In this document: piece by piece, positions 19,527 to 28,400 of the stretch | Numbering within the stretch: position 1 is the stretch's first letter | How the letters are laid out: each line of letters opens with the position of its first letter | Source of the DNA: Hyphomicrobiales bacterium | Lineage (GTDB): Bacteria > Pseudomonadota > Alphaproteobacteria > Rhizobiales > Beijerinckiaceae | Reading direction: 5' to 3' | Assembly: GCA_027484655.1 (NCBI GenBank) | Contig: JAIXSM010000002.1 | Coordinates: forward strand, 18,249 to 82,248 | Length of the DNA: 64,000 nucleotides | Position numbers and translations under genes: made by a program | Notes under the pieces: generated by a model | The model's database searches: none | Told to the model about the DNA's origin: nothing | The model's input: the letters and a program-made list of their open reading frames with translations, nothing else

Positions 19527-19973
19527 ATGGCTGGGATCGGTTCATTGTTCGGAAAATCGGCGAAAGACGCCAAGGGCTCGGAGTTCCCGGTCGAGAAAAC
19601 GGCGGACGAATGGCGCCAGCTTCTGTCGCCCGAACAGTTTTACGTGCTGCGCGAGCATGGCACCGAGCGCGCCGGCACGAGCCCGCTGAACCGCGAGAAG
19701 CGCGGCGGCGTGTTTCACTGCGCGGGCTGCGGGCAGGCGCTCTTTGAGGCCGATACGAAGTTCGAGTCCGGGACCGGCTGGCCGAGTTTTTATCTTCCCA
19801 TCGATGGAGCGGTGGAGACGTCTGAGGACCGCAGTTTCTTCATGGCGCGCACGGAAGTCCATTGCAGCGGTTGCGGCGGGCACCTAGGCCACGTTTTCCC
19901 CGACGGCCCGGCGCCAACCGGGCTCAGATATTGCATGAACGGCGTCGCGTTGACTTTCGAGCCGCGTGAGTAG
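19527..19973 (+). CDS. msrB: Peptide-methionine (R)-S-oxide reductase
   Basis: GTERAG, KFESGTGWPSF, RTEVHC..CGGHLGHVFPDGP.PTGLRYCMNG. Confidence 0.97.
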   Translation: MAGIGSLFGKSAKDAKGSEFPVEKTADEWRQLLSPEQFYVLREHGTERAGTSPLNREKRGGVFHCAGCGQALFEADTKFESGTGWPSFYLPIDGAVETSEDRSFFMARTEVHCSGCGGHLGHVFPDGPAPTGLRYCMNGVALTFEPRE

Positions 19974-20026
19974 GGAACGGCAAGACGGCAAGCGCTTTGT
20001 TGCAACATCAAGTCAGGGTGACCCGC

Positions 20027-20380
20027 ATGGCTCTCGCTCTTCGTCCGCCGCCCCCCGGTCGCGATCCGCTGGTGCGCATGATGATCGTCAACTGGGTCGT
20101 GGGCGCCTGCATGGGCGTGGCGTTTGCGCTGGTGCTGCTCGTGGCCGATGTGGGCGGCATGCGCTCGCTCATCATGGGCGCCGACATGGCGGCGCCAGCC
20201 CTCGCCTTGCTGTTCGGCGGCTTCGCCATAACCTTCGGCGCGGTTATCGCCGCAACGGCGATCATGCTGCTGCCCGACGATGACGACGACCGCGACGGTG
20301 GGCGCGGCGCGCGCCACGACCAAGCGCTGGCGCTTGTTCCCGTGCGCGTCCAGGCGCGCAACCCACGCCGCGGGCGCTGA
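20027..20380 (+). CDS. Hypothetical two-TM membrane protein
   Basis: Two hydrophobic helices followed by DDDDDRDGG; typical codon usage; start uncertain. Confidence 0.65.
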   Translation: MALALRPPPPGRDPLVRMMIVNWVVGACMGVAFALVLLVADVGGMRSLIMGADMAAPALALLFGGFAITFGAVIAATAIMLLPDDDDDRDGGRGARHDQALALVPVRVQARNPRRGR

Positions 20381-20384
20381 CTGT

Positions 20385-20825
20385 TCACACGCCGGCGAGG
20401 CGCTGAATGGCGGCCGCGTCCATCACGCCGGAGCGTCGCTCGGCCTCGCGCCCGTCCCGAAACACGATGAGCGTGGGAATACTGCGGATTCCATAACGCG
20501 CTGCGAGGTTCGGCAGGGCCTCGGTGTCCACCTTGAGAAACCGCGCCCGGGGCTCCCCCGCGCGTGCCGCCACCGCGAACTGGGGCGCCATCGCCCGGCA
20601 GGGGCCGCACCATTCAGCCCAGAAATCGACGACGACGGGAATCTGGGAACGGCTGACATGGCGGTCGAAATCCGCCTCGTTCTCCACCTCAATCGCGACG
20701 CCGGAAAACGGCTTGCCCCCGCATTTGCCGCACGCGGGCTTCTCCCCCGCCGCAAGGCGCGCCGCCGGCGCGCGGTTTACGGCGCCGCACTCGGGGCAGA
20801 CGAAGGTGAGACTGGCGTCGTTCAT
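20385..20825 (-). CDS. trxC: Thioredoxin 2 with N-terminal zinc finger
   Basis: CPEC...CGKC zinc finger and WCGPC active site. Confidence 0.92.
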   Translation of the reverse strand: MNDASLTFVCPECGAVNRAPAARLAAGEKPACGKCGGKPFSGVAIEVENEADFDRHVSRSQIPVVVDFWAEWCGPCRAMAPQFAVAARAGEPRARFLKVDTEALPNLAARYGIRSIPTLIVFRDGREAERRSGVMDAAAIQRLAGV

Positions 20826-20952
20826 GGCCCTGCGGTGGATGCATTGCGAACCCGACAGATTCTGCCGTCCGGCGGCGCGGGAATCAAGCGCCGGCCGCCA
20901 CGCGGGTTCGCCTGCTGTGGAAGCCGCCGACGCATCGCCCGGAAAGTTAAAA

Positions 20953-20983
20953 GCCATGCTTACAAGCAGATAGAAAGCATGGC
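20953..20983. promoter_or_regulatory. Inverted repeat abutting the RBS of the barrel gene (possible operator)
   Basis: GCCATGCTT-N13-AAGCATGGC immediately before AGGAGG. Confidence 0.35.
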
Positions 20984-20994
20984 AGGAGGAGGGC

Positions 20995-21915
20995 TTGGAT
21001 CTTGGGAATCATCCGGTGCGTGCGCTAAGGTCAACATGCTCCAGCCTCGCTATCGCTGTCGCGATCGCCTGTCACGTCAGCCTGGCGGTTGCGGATGAGC
21101 CGGCGCCGGGCGGCGGGCAGGGCGTGCGCCCCCGCACGAGCGTCACATTCGAAGCGATGCCGCTGTTTGTGCGCAATGATCCGGCGCTTCGGTTTGATTC
21201 GGCGGACTCAAAGCTCGGTAACCTTGGCGCTCTTCAGCAGGGAGATCGCGGATTGCAGGGCCGGGTATCCCTGACGCACGCCTTCGACGAGGCATGGGAC
21301 ACGCGCATCTCCGCGTCCATGCTCTACGCCGGCGAGGACGAGAAGGCCGCGCCCTACCTGTCCAGCAGCAATGTATCCACGGCGCGGCAGAGCGCGCGGG
21401 CCATCGTTCTCGACGGTGAAGTCGGGCATCGCTTCAAGCCGGTAGAGGTGCTCGACGTGCGTCTTTTCGCCGGCTTCAGGGCCCTTCGAGCGACCGCTGA
21501 AGGCCACTGGGCGACGTCGGCGAGTGATAAACTCGGCAGCTTCTTCGACACGACCCATGCGCTTGGCCCTCGTGTCGGGGCCGACGTGACCATTCCCGTG
21601 AGTTCACGGATCGACCTCCTCGCCTCGGGATCGGTCTCAGCGCTGAATGGCCATTCGCGCAGCCACTACACGCTCGGCAACGTACGCACTCGCGACAACA
21701 GATGGATCATGGGCGCCGACGCCATGGCCGGCGTCGCGCTTCATCTGGGCGACGGCGCCAGTCTGACTGCGGGCTACCGCGTGGAGCACTGGAGGAACCT
21801 GGCGGCCCTTCACACCGGAATCTCCTATGTCGGAGCTTACGAGACGCGCTGGGGAACGCCCACGCTGTCGCACGGGCCCGTCTTGCGCTTCACCGTGCCC
21901 CTCGGCGGACGTTGA
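20995..21915 (+). CDS. Putative outer-membrane beta-barrel protein (Lpg1974-like)
   Basis: TTG start after AGGAGG; signal-peptide-like N-terminus; alternating amphipathic strands (GPRVGAD, LTAGYRVEHW, HGPVLRFTVPLG). Confidence 0.6.
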   Translation: MDLGNHPVRALRSTCSSLAIAVAIACHVSLAVADEPAPGGGQGVRPRTSVTFEAMPLFVRNDPALRFDSADSKLGNLGALQQGDRGLQGRVSLTHAFDEAWDTRISASMLYAGEDEKAAPYLSSSNVSTARQSARAIVLDGEVGHRFKPVEVLDVRLFAGFRALRATAEGHWATSASDKLGSFFDTTHALGPRVGADVTIPVSSRIDLLASGSVSALNGHSRSHYTLGNVRTRDNRWIMGADAMAGVALHLGDGASLTAGYRVEHWRNLAALHTGISYVGAYETRWGTPTLSHGPVLRFTVPLGGR

Positions 21916-22342
21916 GCACGTTCGCCTTGCGCACGACCCCATCTTGGTTTTCCCTGCGAAAGTAGATCCGGCGGCCGGGGGCCAGATTGCGTGCGGCTGC
22001 AATTAATGCGCTTGTTCCTTTGGTGCTGAGGCTCGAGAGGATCGTCAGGGCTAAGGCCTCCGCATGTTGGCGAGGGGCGATGTCAAGTGGCCCCTCATTC
22101 GCCATCCACGCCTGCGCAATCCGATGCGTGACGGGAACCCAGCCAAGGTATCCGGCGAGGCGGCCGTCCGAGATCAGGCACAGGTGGTTTCGCTCAGACA
22201 ACTGGTGCTGAACCGCCGCCACCAGGGTGGCCGCAGGGAACTCCGAAAATGGTTTGCTGCGGGTCAGAAAAGTCAGCACCAACCCGAGAGTTTCCATCGA
22301 CGCGACAAGGTGGCGGGTATCCGGGGATATACTCTGGCTCAC
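21890..22342 (-). CDS. HlyC-like (RTX toxin-activating lysine acyltransferase fold) protein
   Basis: GTG start at 22342 after AAGGA; METLGLVLTFLTRSKPFSEFP...AGYLGW is colinear with HlyC EVLGHVSWLWASSPLHRNWP...VAYCSW. Confidence 0.65.
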   Translation of the reverse strand: MSQSISPDTRHLVASMETLGLVLTFLTRSKPFSEFPAATLVAAVQHQLSERNHLCLISDGRLAGYLGWVPVTHRIAQAWMANEGPLDIAPRQHAEALALTILSSLSTKGTSALIAAARNLAPGRRIYFRRENQDGVVRKANVLNVRRGAR

Positions 22343-22587
22343 TGGCTTGATCCTTGAAGCCTCGCTTCTGCGGCAGTCTTTATGACCATGCCGTCGTTGA
22401 ACCAAGCGTAACAATGACAGCGTTGCAGACATCTTCAACCCGATGCTTGCGTCGGCTCGGCGCCGCTTCCGGGGCCTCTTCAGCCCCGCGCACGGTATCT
22501 CAAAAAGGGTGACCGCCTCATCCCTTTGTGGCAGGTCAATGACGGCAAGAGATCTGTACAATAAAAGTTCGCGGAGACGGCTGGTTT

Positions 22588-23331
22588 ATGCGTATCGCCT
22601 TTCTTTCGGACATTCACGGTAACCGGGAGGCTCTCGACGCCTGCATCGCTCATGCGGAGCGCCATGGGGTCGATCAGTTCGTCGTGCTGGGGGATCTGGT
22701 GGGGTACGGCGCGGACCCCGCCTATGTGGTGGATCGCGTGCGCGAGCTTGAGGCCCGCGGCGGGATCGTCATCAAGGGCAACCACGACGCTGCGGCGTCC
22801 GCCGGCGTCTCGGCGGGCATGAACGAGCATGCGAGCAAGGCCATCACGTGGACCTATGACGAACTCGACGACGATGCGCGCGATTTCCTGCGGGCGCTGC
22901 CCATGAGGGTCGAGGACGAGGAACGCCTCTATGTCCATTCCGAAGCCGCGGCGCCTTCCGAGTGGCGCTACGTGACGGACGCCTCCAGCGCCGAGCGCTC
23001 GCTGCGCGCCGCCTCGCAGCGGCTCACGTTCTGCGGCCACATTCATGTGCCGCAGCTTTATCACATGGCGCCCCAGAAGCCTGCGGTCGGCTTCAAGCCC
23101 CAGAACAACTCTCCGATTCCGCTGGTCGCCAGCCGCAAGTGGCTGATGGTGCAAGGCGCCGTCGGGCAGCCGCGCGATCAGAATCCCGCCGCCGCCTACG
23201 GTCTTCTCGATGCGAAGCGCAACGAGATGACCTACATGCGCGTGCCCTACGACATCGAGCGGGCCGCGCGGAAAATCCATGCGGCCGGCCTGCCGCAGAT
23301 CCTCGCCGCAAGGCTCTATATCGGACGATGA
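22588..23331 (+). CDS. Metallophosphoesterase (calcineurin-like, YfcE/PrpA-type)
   Basis: SDIHGN, LGDLVGYG, KGNHD, FCGHIH, GAVGQPRD. Confidence 0.93.
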   Translation: MRIAFLSDIHGNREALDACIAHAERHGVDQFVVLGDLVGYGADPAYVVDRVRELEARGGIVIKGNHDAAASAGVSAGMNEHASKAITWTYDELDDDARDFLRALPMRVEDEERLYVHSEAAAPSEWRYVTDASSAERSLRAASQRLTFCGHIHVPQLYHMAPQKPAVGFKPQNNSPIPLVASRKWLMVQGAVGQPRDQNPAAAYGLLDAKRNEMTYMRVPYDIERAARKIHAAGLPQILAARLYIGR

Positions 23332-23335
23332 TTGC

Positions 23336-24796
23336 ATGAACAGGATGGAAGTCATCGTCGGCGAAACCATCGACGGGTTTCTGATCGAGGAGCGCCTTCA
23401 CGTCGGCGGCATGGCGATCATCTTCCGGGCTTCGCACCCTGATGTGGATGGGCCCGTCCTCTTCAAGGTGCCGAAGATCGAGGACGGCGACGATCCCACC
23501 GTCATCGTCGGCTTTGAAATGGAGATGATGATTCTCCCGCGCCTGTCGGGCGTGCATGTGCCCAAACTTTACGCCGTGGGCGATTACGCGCGCAGGCCCT
23601 ACATCGCCATGGAGTTCGTGAAGGGCGAGACGCTCTACCCAACCTTTGAGAAGTCGCCGCTGCCGCCCATGGATGTCGCCGCCATCGGCGCCAAGGTGGC
23701 CACCGCGCTCGTGGACCTGCACCGGCAGAAGGTGATCCACCACGACATCAAGCCGTCCAACATCGTGATCCGCGAGACGGGCGAAGCCTGCCTCATCGAC
23801 TTCGGGCTCTCCCGGCATCTGGGAATGCCAGACTTGCTGGAGGCGGAGTTTCGCCTGCCCATGGGCACGGCGCCGTACATCTCGCCGGAGCAGATACGCC
23901 AGTACCGTTCTGATCCGCGTTCGGACATCTTCTCGCTGGGCGTCCTGCTCTATCACCTCGCCACCGGCGAACGGCCGTTCGGGTTGCCGCGCTCCCAGCA
24001 AGCGTTGAAGACGCGGCTGTGGCGCGATCCCGTGCCGCCGCGCAAGATCCGGCCGGACGTGCCGCCGTGGCTTCAGGAAATCGTGCTGCGCTGCCTCGAG
24101 GTTGACCCCACCAAGCGCTACCAGACGCCGGCTCGCCTCGCCTTCGCGCTGAAGAACCCCGATGCGGTGCTTCTCACGGCGCGCGCTGAAAAGATGAAGC
24201 GCGATCCTCTGCCTACGGCGTTTCGTCGCTGGCTTCGCGCGCGCGCGCTGCCCCCGCCCGAGCCCTCGCCATATGTCGCAGACGCAGGCTCCATCGTGGT
24301 GGTCGCGGTCGATCTTCAGGAGGGGTTCGAATACCTCGCCGAGGCGTTGCGCATCCAGACCCAGCGGGCGCTCTCCTCCGCCGGCGACGTACGTCTGGCC
24401 TGCATCAACGTGCTGAAGCTCAGCGCCGTGTTCGTGAACGATCCCTTCGACGCGGAAGGCCGCAACATCCACGTGCAGCGCCTCGTCGAACTGAAGGACT
24501 GGGCGCGCCCGTTCGGCATGGCGACGGAGAAGATCAGCTTCCATGTGCTCGAACACATGGATCCCGCCGAAGCCATTCTGGAATTTGCGGAAAAGAATTA
24601 TGCGGACCAGATCCTCATGGGCGCCCGCGGCTCGTCGAACATGCGCCGCTTCCTCGGCAGCGTGTCGTCCCAGGTGGCGGCGCGGGCGCCATGCACGGTG
24701 ACGCTGGTGCGCGCCCAGGCGCCAAGCGCGGCGAAACAGGAAACAGCCGACGTTGCAGGTGAGCCTGGCGCCGGCGTCGCCGCTGTAGCGGAATAG
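23336..24796 (+). CDS. Hanks-type Ser/Thr protein kinase fused to a C-terminal universal stress protein domain
   Basis: GGMA, LFKVP, HHDIKPSN, DFG, GTAPYISPEQ, SDIFSLG; USP motifs VVAVD and ILMGARG...LGSVSSQVA..APCTVTLV. Confidence 0.92.
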   Translation: MNRMEVIVGETIDGFLIEERLHVGGMAIIFRASHPDVDGPVLFKVPKIEDGDDPTVIVGFEMEMMILPRLSGVHVPKLYAVGDYARRPYIAMEFVKGETLYPTFEKSPLPPMDVAAIGAKVATALVDLHRQKVIHHDIKPSNIVIRETGEACLIDFGLSRHLGMPDLLEAEFRLPMGTAPYISPEQIRQYRSDPRSDIFSLGVLLYHLATGERPFGLPRSQQALKTRLWRDPVPPRKIRPDVPPWLQEIVLRCLEVDPTKRYQTPARLAFALKNPDAVLLTARAEKMKRDPLPTAFRRWLRARALPPPEPSPYVADAGSIVVVAVDLQEGFEYLAEALRIQTQRALSSAGDVRLACINVLKLSAVFVNDPFDAEGRNIHVQRLVELKDWARPFGMATEKISFHVLEHMDPAEAILEFAEKNYADQILMGARGSSNMRRFLGSVSSQVAARAPCTVTLVRAQAPSAAKQETADVAGEPGAGVAAVAE

Positions 24797-24865
24797 TCTG
24801 GAATCCGCCTTTCACTTCCCGCGCGCGGCTCTTATGTTCTGGCCAACACCCCGAAGGATCAAGGA

Positions 24866-25090
24866 ATGAACCTCATGGACCGCCAGTCGCCGCAGATGGG
24901 CATCGAAGCGCAGGTGCGCTTCCTTGATGGCGACTTCCGTGTCGTTGCGCCTGGCTCGTTCGTGCGCTGCGCTGTGACAGCCGAGCCGATACCCATCGAG
25001 GAGTTGCGCTACTGGGATGTGGATCTGCAGGAAGCCTACCGCGATCCCCAGGCCAAGTTGCAGCGGCTCGGGGTGAAGGTCAGCCTCTAG
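24866..25090 (+). CDS. DUF2093-family small protein
   Basis: LDGDFRVV.PG.FVRCAVT.EPIP.EELRYW.V.LQEAY pattern, next to lpxK. Confidence 0.8.
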   Translation: MNLMDRQSPQMGIEAQVRFLDGDFRVVAPGSFVRCAVTAEPIPIEELRYWDVDLQEAYRDPQAKLQRLGVKVSL

Positions 25091-26066
25091 ATACTGCTTT
25101 CGCGAGCGCAGCCGCAGCCAGCGCGCTCATGGCGTCGGCGGGGTCGGTGAGCAGCGTGACGGGCAGGGCGGCGACGTCCGCACCAGCCGGCAGCCGCACC
25201 AAATCTTTCTCGGTGGTGACCAGCCGCGCGCCGTGGCGGCGCGCCTGTTCCGCGAGGAGCGCAAGCTCGGCCGCGCTGAACGGATGATGGTCGGCAAATG
25301 CCTGCGCTCCAACGACAATCGCACCAGCGGCTCGCAGCGTGTCGAAAAACTTCTCCGGCCGGCCAATGCCGGCGAAGGCGAACACCCGCTGGCCCTTGAG
25401 CGCTGCGACCGCAGAGCGCTCAGGCTCCAGCTTGGCAGCGACGATCCGCAGCGATCCGGGCAGGGCGAGGCCCGGCCGAGGTTCGCCAATGACCAGCGCC
25501 GCATCGATGAAGGGCGTCTGCGCCGCCAACGGCGCCCGCAGCGGGCCAGCGGGCACGCACAGGCCATTGCCGACACCGGCTGCGCCGTCCACGACCGCGA
25601 TGGAGAAGTCCTTGTGTAAAGAAGGATTTTGCAACCCGTCGTCCATCACCAGAACGCTTGCGCCTTCCGCGATGGCGAACCGCGCGCCCGCGACGCGGTC
25701 CGGCGAGACGATGGTGGGCGCCGCGCGCGCCAGCAGCAGGGGTTCATCGCCAACCCGCTGGGAATCGTGCTTGCCCGGATCGACCCGCAGCGGCGTTGTG
25801 ACAGGCTCCCGCGCGCCATAGCCGCGCGTCAGGAAAAATGGTGTCTCTCCAATCTCTTGAAGAGCTTTGGCGAGGGCGATGGCCGTGGGCGTCTTGCCTG
25901 CGCCGCCGGCCACGAAGTTGCCGACGCAGATCACCGGGGCGCCGACGCGCGCCCCCGGGCGGGCCATGCGACGGGCGGTCGCCGCGCCGTAGACGGCGCC
26001 GAGCGGAGACAGGAGAAGGGCGAGCGCGTCCGGGGCGGTTTTCCACCAGAACGCCGGCGCGCGCAT
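25080..26066 (-). CDS. lpxK: Tetraacyldisaccharide 4'-kinase
   Basis: VICVGNFVAGGAGKTP, TRGYG, GDEPLLL, MDDGLQN, AFAGIGRPEKF, TTEKD. Confidence 0.96.
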   Translation of the reverse strand: MRAPAFWWKTAPDALALLLSPLGAVYGAATARRMARPGARVGAPVICVGNFVAGGAGKTPTAIALAKALQEIGETPFFLTRGYGAREPVTTPLRVDPGKHDSQRVGDEPLLLARAAPTIVSPDRVAGARFAIAEGASVLVMDDGLQNPSLHKDFSIAVVDGAAGVGNGLCVPAGPLRAPLAAQTPFIDAALVIGEPRPGLALPGSLRIVAAKLEPERSAVAALKGQRVFAFAGIGRPEKFFDTLRAAGAIVVGAQAFADHHPFSAAELALLAEQARRHGARLVTTEKDLVRLPAGADVAALPVTLLTDPADAMSALAAAALAKAVSRG

Positions 26067-27358
26067 CACTTCCTCGCGATTTGCATCTGGAGCACGTAGG
26101 GCTCGATGGCGTTCATCACGTTGTCGCAGGCGCCGCCGAGAGCCTCCACGGCTTCCGCCGCCGCGCGGGCCATGTCGCGCATCCGCGCGGCATCCGCCAG
26201 CAACTGGCTCAGGGCCCGGGCCAGATCCTCCACGTCGTTCACCTGCCGCGCGCCGCCGCGGCGCGAGAATTCTGCGTACACCTCGGTGAAGTTGGACACG
26301 TCGGGGCCATGCAGGATGGCCGCGCCCAGCTTGGCCGGTTCAATCGGGTTCTGGCCGCCCCCTCCCGCCAGCGATTTGCCGACGAAAACCACGCCGGCGA
26401 GTCGGTAGAAGAGTCCCAGTTCGCCCATGGTGTCGGCGATATAGAACTGGGCGCTGGCCGCCTCCAGCGGCTCGCCGGAGCTGCGACGCACCACGCTGAC
26501 GCCGTACTGCTGGGCCTGCCGCTCGATGTCCGTTCCCCGGGCCGCATGGCGCGGCGCGACAATGGTCACGAGGTTTGGAAAGCGTAACAGAAGCGCCTTG
26601 TGGATCGCCAGCGCGATGCGCTCTTCGCCGTCGTGGGTGGAGGCTGCGAGCCACACCGGCCGCGCGCCCACCAGCGCCCGCATCCGCGCCAGCTCGATGG
26701 GATCAGCCGGCAGGGCGGGGACGTCGTATTTCAGATTGCCGGACACCTGCACCCGCGCTGCGCCCAGATCGATCAGGCGCGAGGCGTCCGCGACGCTCTG
26801 GGCGAGGCAAAGGTCGATGGGCTCAAGCAAGGCGCGAATCGAGCGCGGCATGCGCTTCCAGCGTTCGTAGGAGCGCTGGGACATACGGCCGTTCACGAGC
26901 ACCAGCGGAATGTCCCGCGCTTCCGCCTCCGTGAGCAGGTTCGGCCAGAGTTCCGATTCAGCAAGAAGCACGATGTCCGGGGACCAGTGATCCATGAAGC
27001 GGCGGACGTACCGCGGCAGGTCAATCGGCGCGTACTGGTGCAGGACGCCGTCGGGCAAACGGTCAGCGAGAATCCGCGCCGAGGCGACCGTGCCCGTCGT
27101 CAACAGAACCAGGAACCCGCGCGCGCGCAGGCGCACGATCAGCGGCAACAGGGCGAGGCCTTCGCCCACGCTCGCGCCATGCACCCACGCCAGCTGCCCC
27201 TTCGGCCGCTGCGTCGCGGGCAAGCCCATGCGTTCGCGCAGCCGGGACGAATCTTCTTTGCCGCGGCGCTGGCGCCAGGCGAGCGCGAGCGGCGCAATGG
27301 GCGTCACTGCCGCTGTCAGCGCCGTGTAGGCTCGAATCACAAGAGTTGAGCGCGTCAC
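26066..27358 (-). CDS. waaA: 3-deoxy-D-manno-octulosonic acid transferase
   Basis: WVHGASVGE, ESELWPN, AASTHDGEE, APRH, DTMGELG, GGQNPIEPA; GTG start estimated. Confidence 0.95.
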   Translation of the reverse strand: MTRSTLVIRAYTALTAAVTPIAPLALAWRQRRGKEDSSRLRERMGLPATQRPKGQLAWVHGASVGEGLALLPLIVRLRARGFLVLLTTGTVASARILADRLPDGVLHQYAPIDLPRYVRRFMDHWSPDIVLLAESELWPNLLTEAEARDIPLVLVNGRMSQRSYERWKRMPRSIRALLEPIDLCLAQSVADASRLIDLGAARVQVSGNLKYDVPALPADPIELARMRALVGARPVWLAASTHDGEERIALAIHKALLLRFPNLVTIVAPRHAARGTDIERQAQQYGVSVVRRSSGEPLEAASAQFYIADTMGELGLFYRLAGVVFVGKSLAGGGGQNPIEPAKLGAAILHGPDVSNFTEVYAEFSRRGGARQVNDVEDLARALSQLLADAARMRDMARAAAEAVEALGGACDNVMNAIEPYVLQMQIARK

Positions 27359-28095
27359 AAAGCGTCGCCTCCGCGGGCGGCGCGCATCGCTCTGATGTCT
27401 GCGCCAGGGTCGCGCCCGCCGACAATCTGGTACGCCCGCGCATGGACTCTGTCGAGCGCCTGCTGCACGTCCAGCCGCATGATTTCCATTTCGTTTTCTG
27501 TAGCCTCCGCCGGGACGCGGATGGGATCTCCCACCACGATGGCGCCGCGGCCGAAGGGCAAGGGCAGGCTCGCCTTGTCCCATGAGTTGAAGTCGATGCG
27601 CCGCGCGCTCACCACCGCCAGCGGGTAAATCGGCCGTCCGGAAAGTTTGGCGAGCGTCACGATTCCGATTCCGACCTCCCGCGCAGTTTTCGGCACATCC
27701 GCCGTCAGCACGAGCGACACGCCTTGCGCGAGTTGGCGGAGCATCTCTCGCAGGGCCGCAAAACCGCCGCGCCGGCGCATCCCACTGGCGCCCCCGCCCG
27801 AACCGCGAATCGGGCGCACGCCCAGCCGCTCAAGCGCGAGCGCGTTCACCTCTGCGTCGCGGTTGCGGGAAATGAGCGCGGCGACCGCCATGCCGTGGGG
27901 CCACGCGAAGTGGGCGCCGATATGCTGCCCATGCCAGAGGGCGGCGATCACCGGACCCTCGGCGCGGACGCTGTCCTGGAAGTCGGGCGGTTCGATCGTG
28001 AAGCGGGTTGTGCGCTCCACCAGCCGCAGATAGTTGGCGGCGATGAGCGCAAGTGTTCCCTGCACCGCCCGTGAGCGGCTGACCATCCTGAGCAT
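27355..28095 (-). CDS. DUF374 / lysophospholipid acyltransferase family protein
   Basis: ALWHGQ, LISRNRDAE, IRGSGG; conserved position upstream of waaA. Confidence 0.85.
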   Translation of the reverse strand: MLRMVSRSRAVQGTLALIAANYLRLVERTTRFTIEPPDFQDSVRAEGPVIAALWHGQHIGAHFAWPHGMAVAALISRNRDAEVNALALERLGVRPIRGSGGGASGMRRRGGFAALREMLRQLAQGVSLVLTADVPKTAREVGIGIVTLAKLSGRPIYPLAVVSARRIDFNSWDKASLPLPFGRGAIVVGDPIRVPAEATENEMEIMRLDVQQALDRVHARAYQIVGGRDPGADIRAMRAARGGDAL

Positions 28096-28121
28096 GCCCG
28101 CGATATTCTCCGTTCGGAGCT

Positions 28122-28361
28122 TCAGGCCGGGTCGAGGAAGCGATGCAGATGCACGATGAAGTAGCGCATCATCGCATTATCGACGGTCTGCTGCGCCTTG
28201 CCGCGCCAGGCCTTCTCGGCCGTAGCGTAGTTGGGATAGATGCCGACAATGTCGAGCGCGTTGGGATCCTTGAACGTGGTGGATCCGATGCTCTCCAGTT
28301 CGCCGCCGAACACGAGGTGAAGAAGCTGCTGGGAGTCGCGCTGGTTGTGATGCTCGGACAT
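28122..28361 (-). CDS. DUF4170-family protein
   Basis: LLHLVFGGEL...DIVGIYPNY..A..AWRGKAQ.TVDNA.MRYFIVHLHR. Confidence 0.85.
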   Translation of the reverse strand: MSEHHNQRDSQQLLHLVFGGELESIGSTTFKDPNALDIVGIYPNYATAEKAWRGKAQQTVDNAMMRYFIVHLHRFLDPA

Positions 28362-28400
28362 CGGTGTCGCTCTTTATCTGGTGGTTCCTGATCGCGCGGG

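Noticed and set aside
20941-22587. Prophage or integrative element
   Set aside because: No integrase, phage gene, tRNA or att-like direct repeat was seen; kept only as a lower-GC islet.
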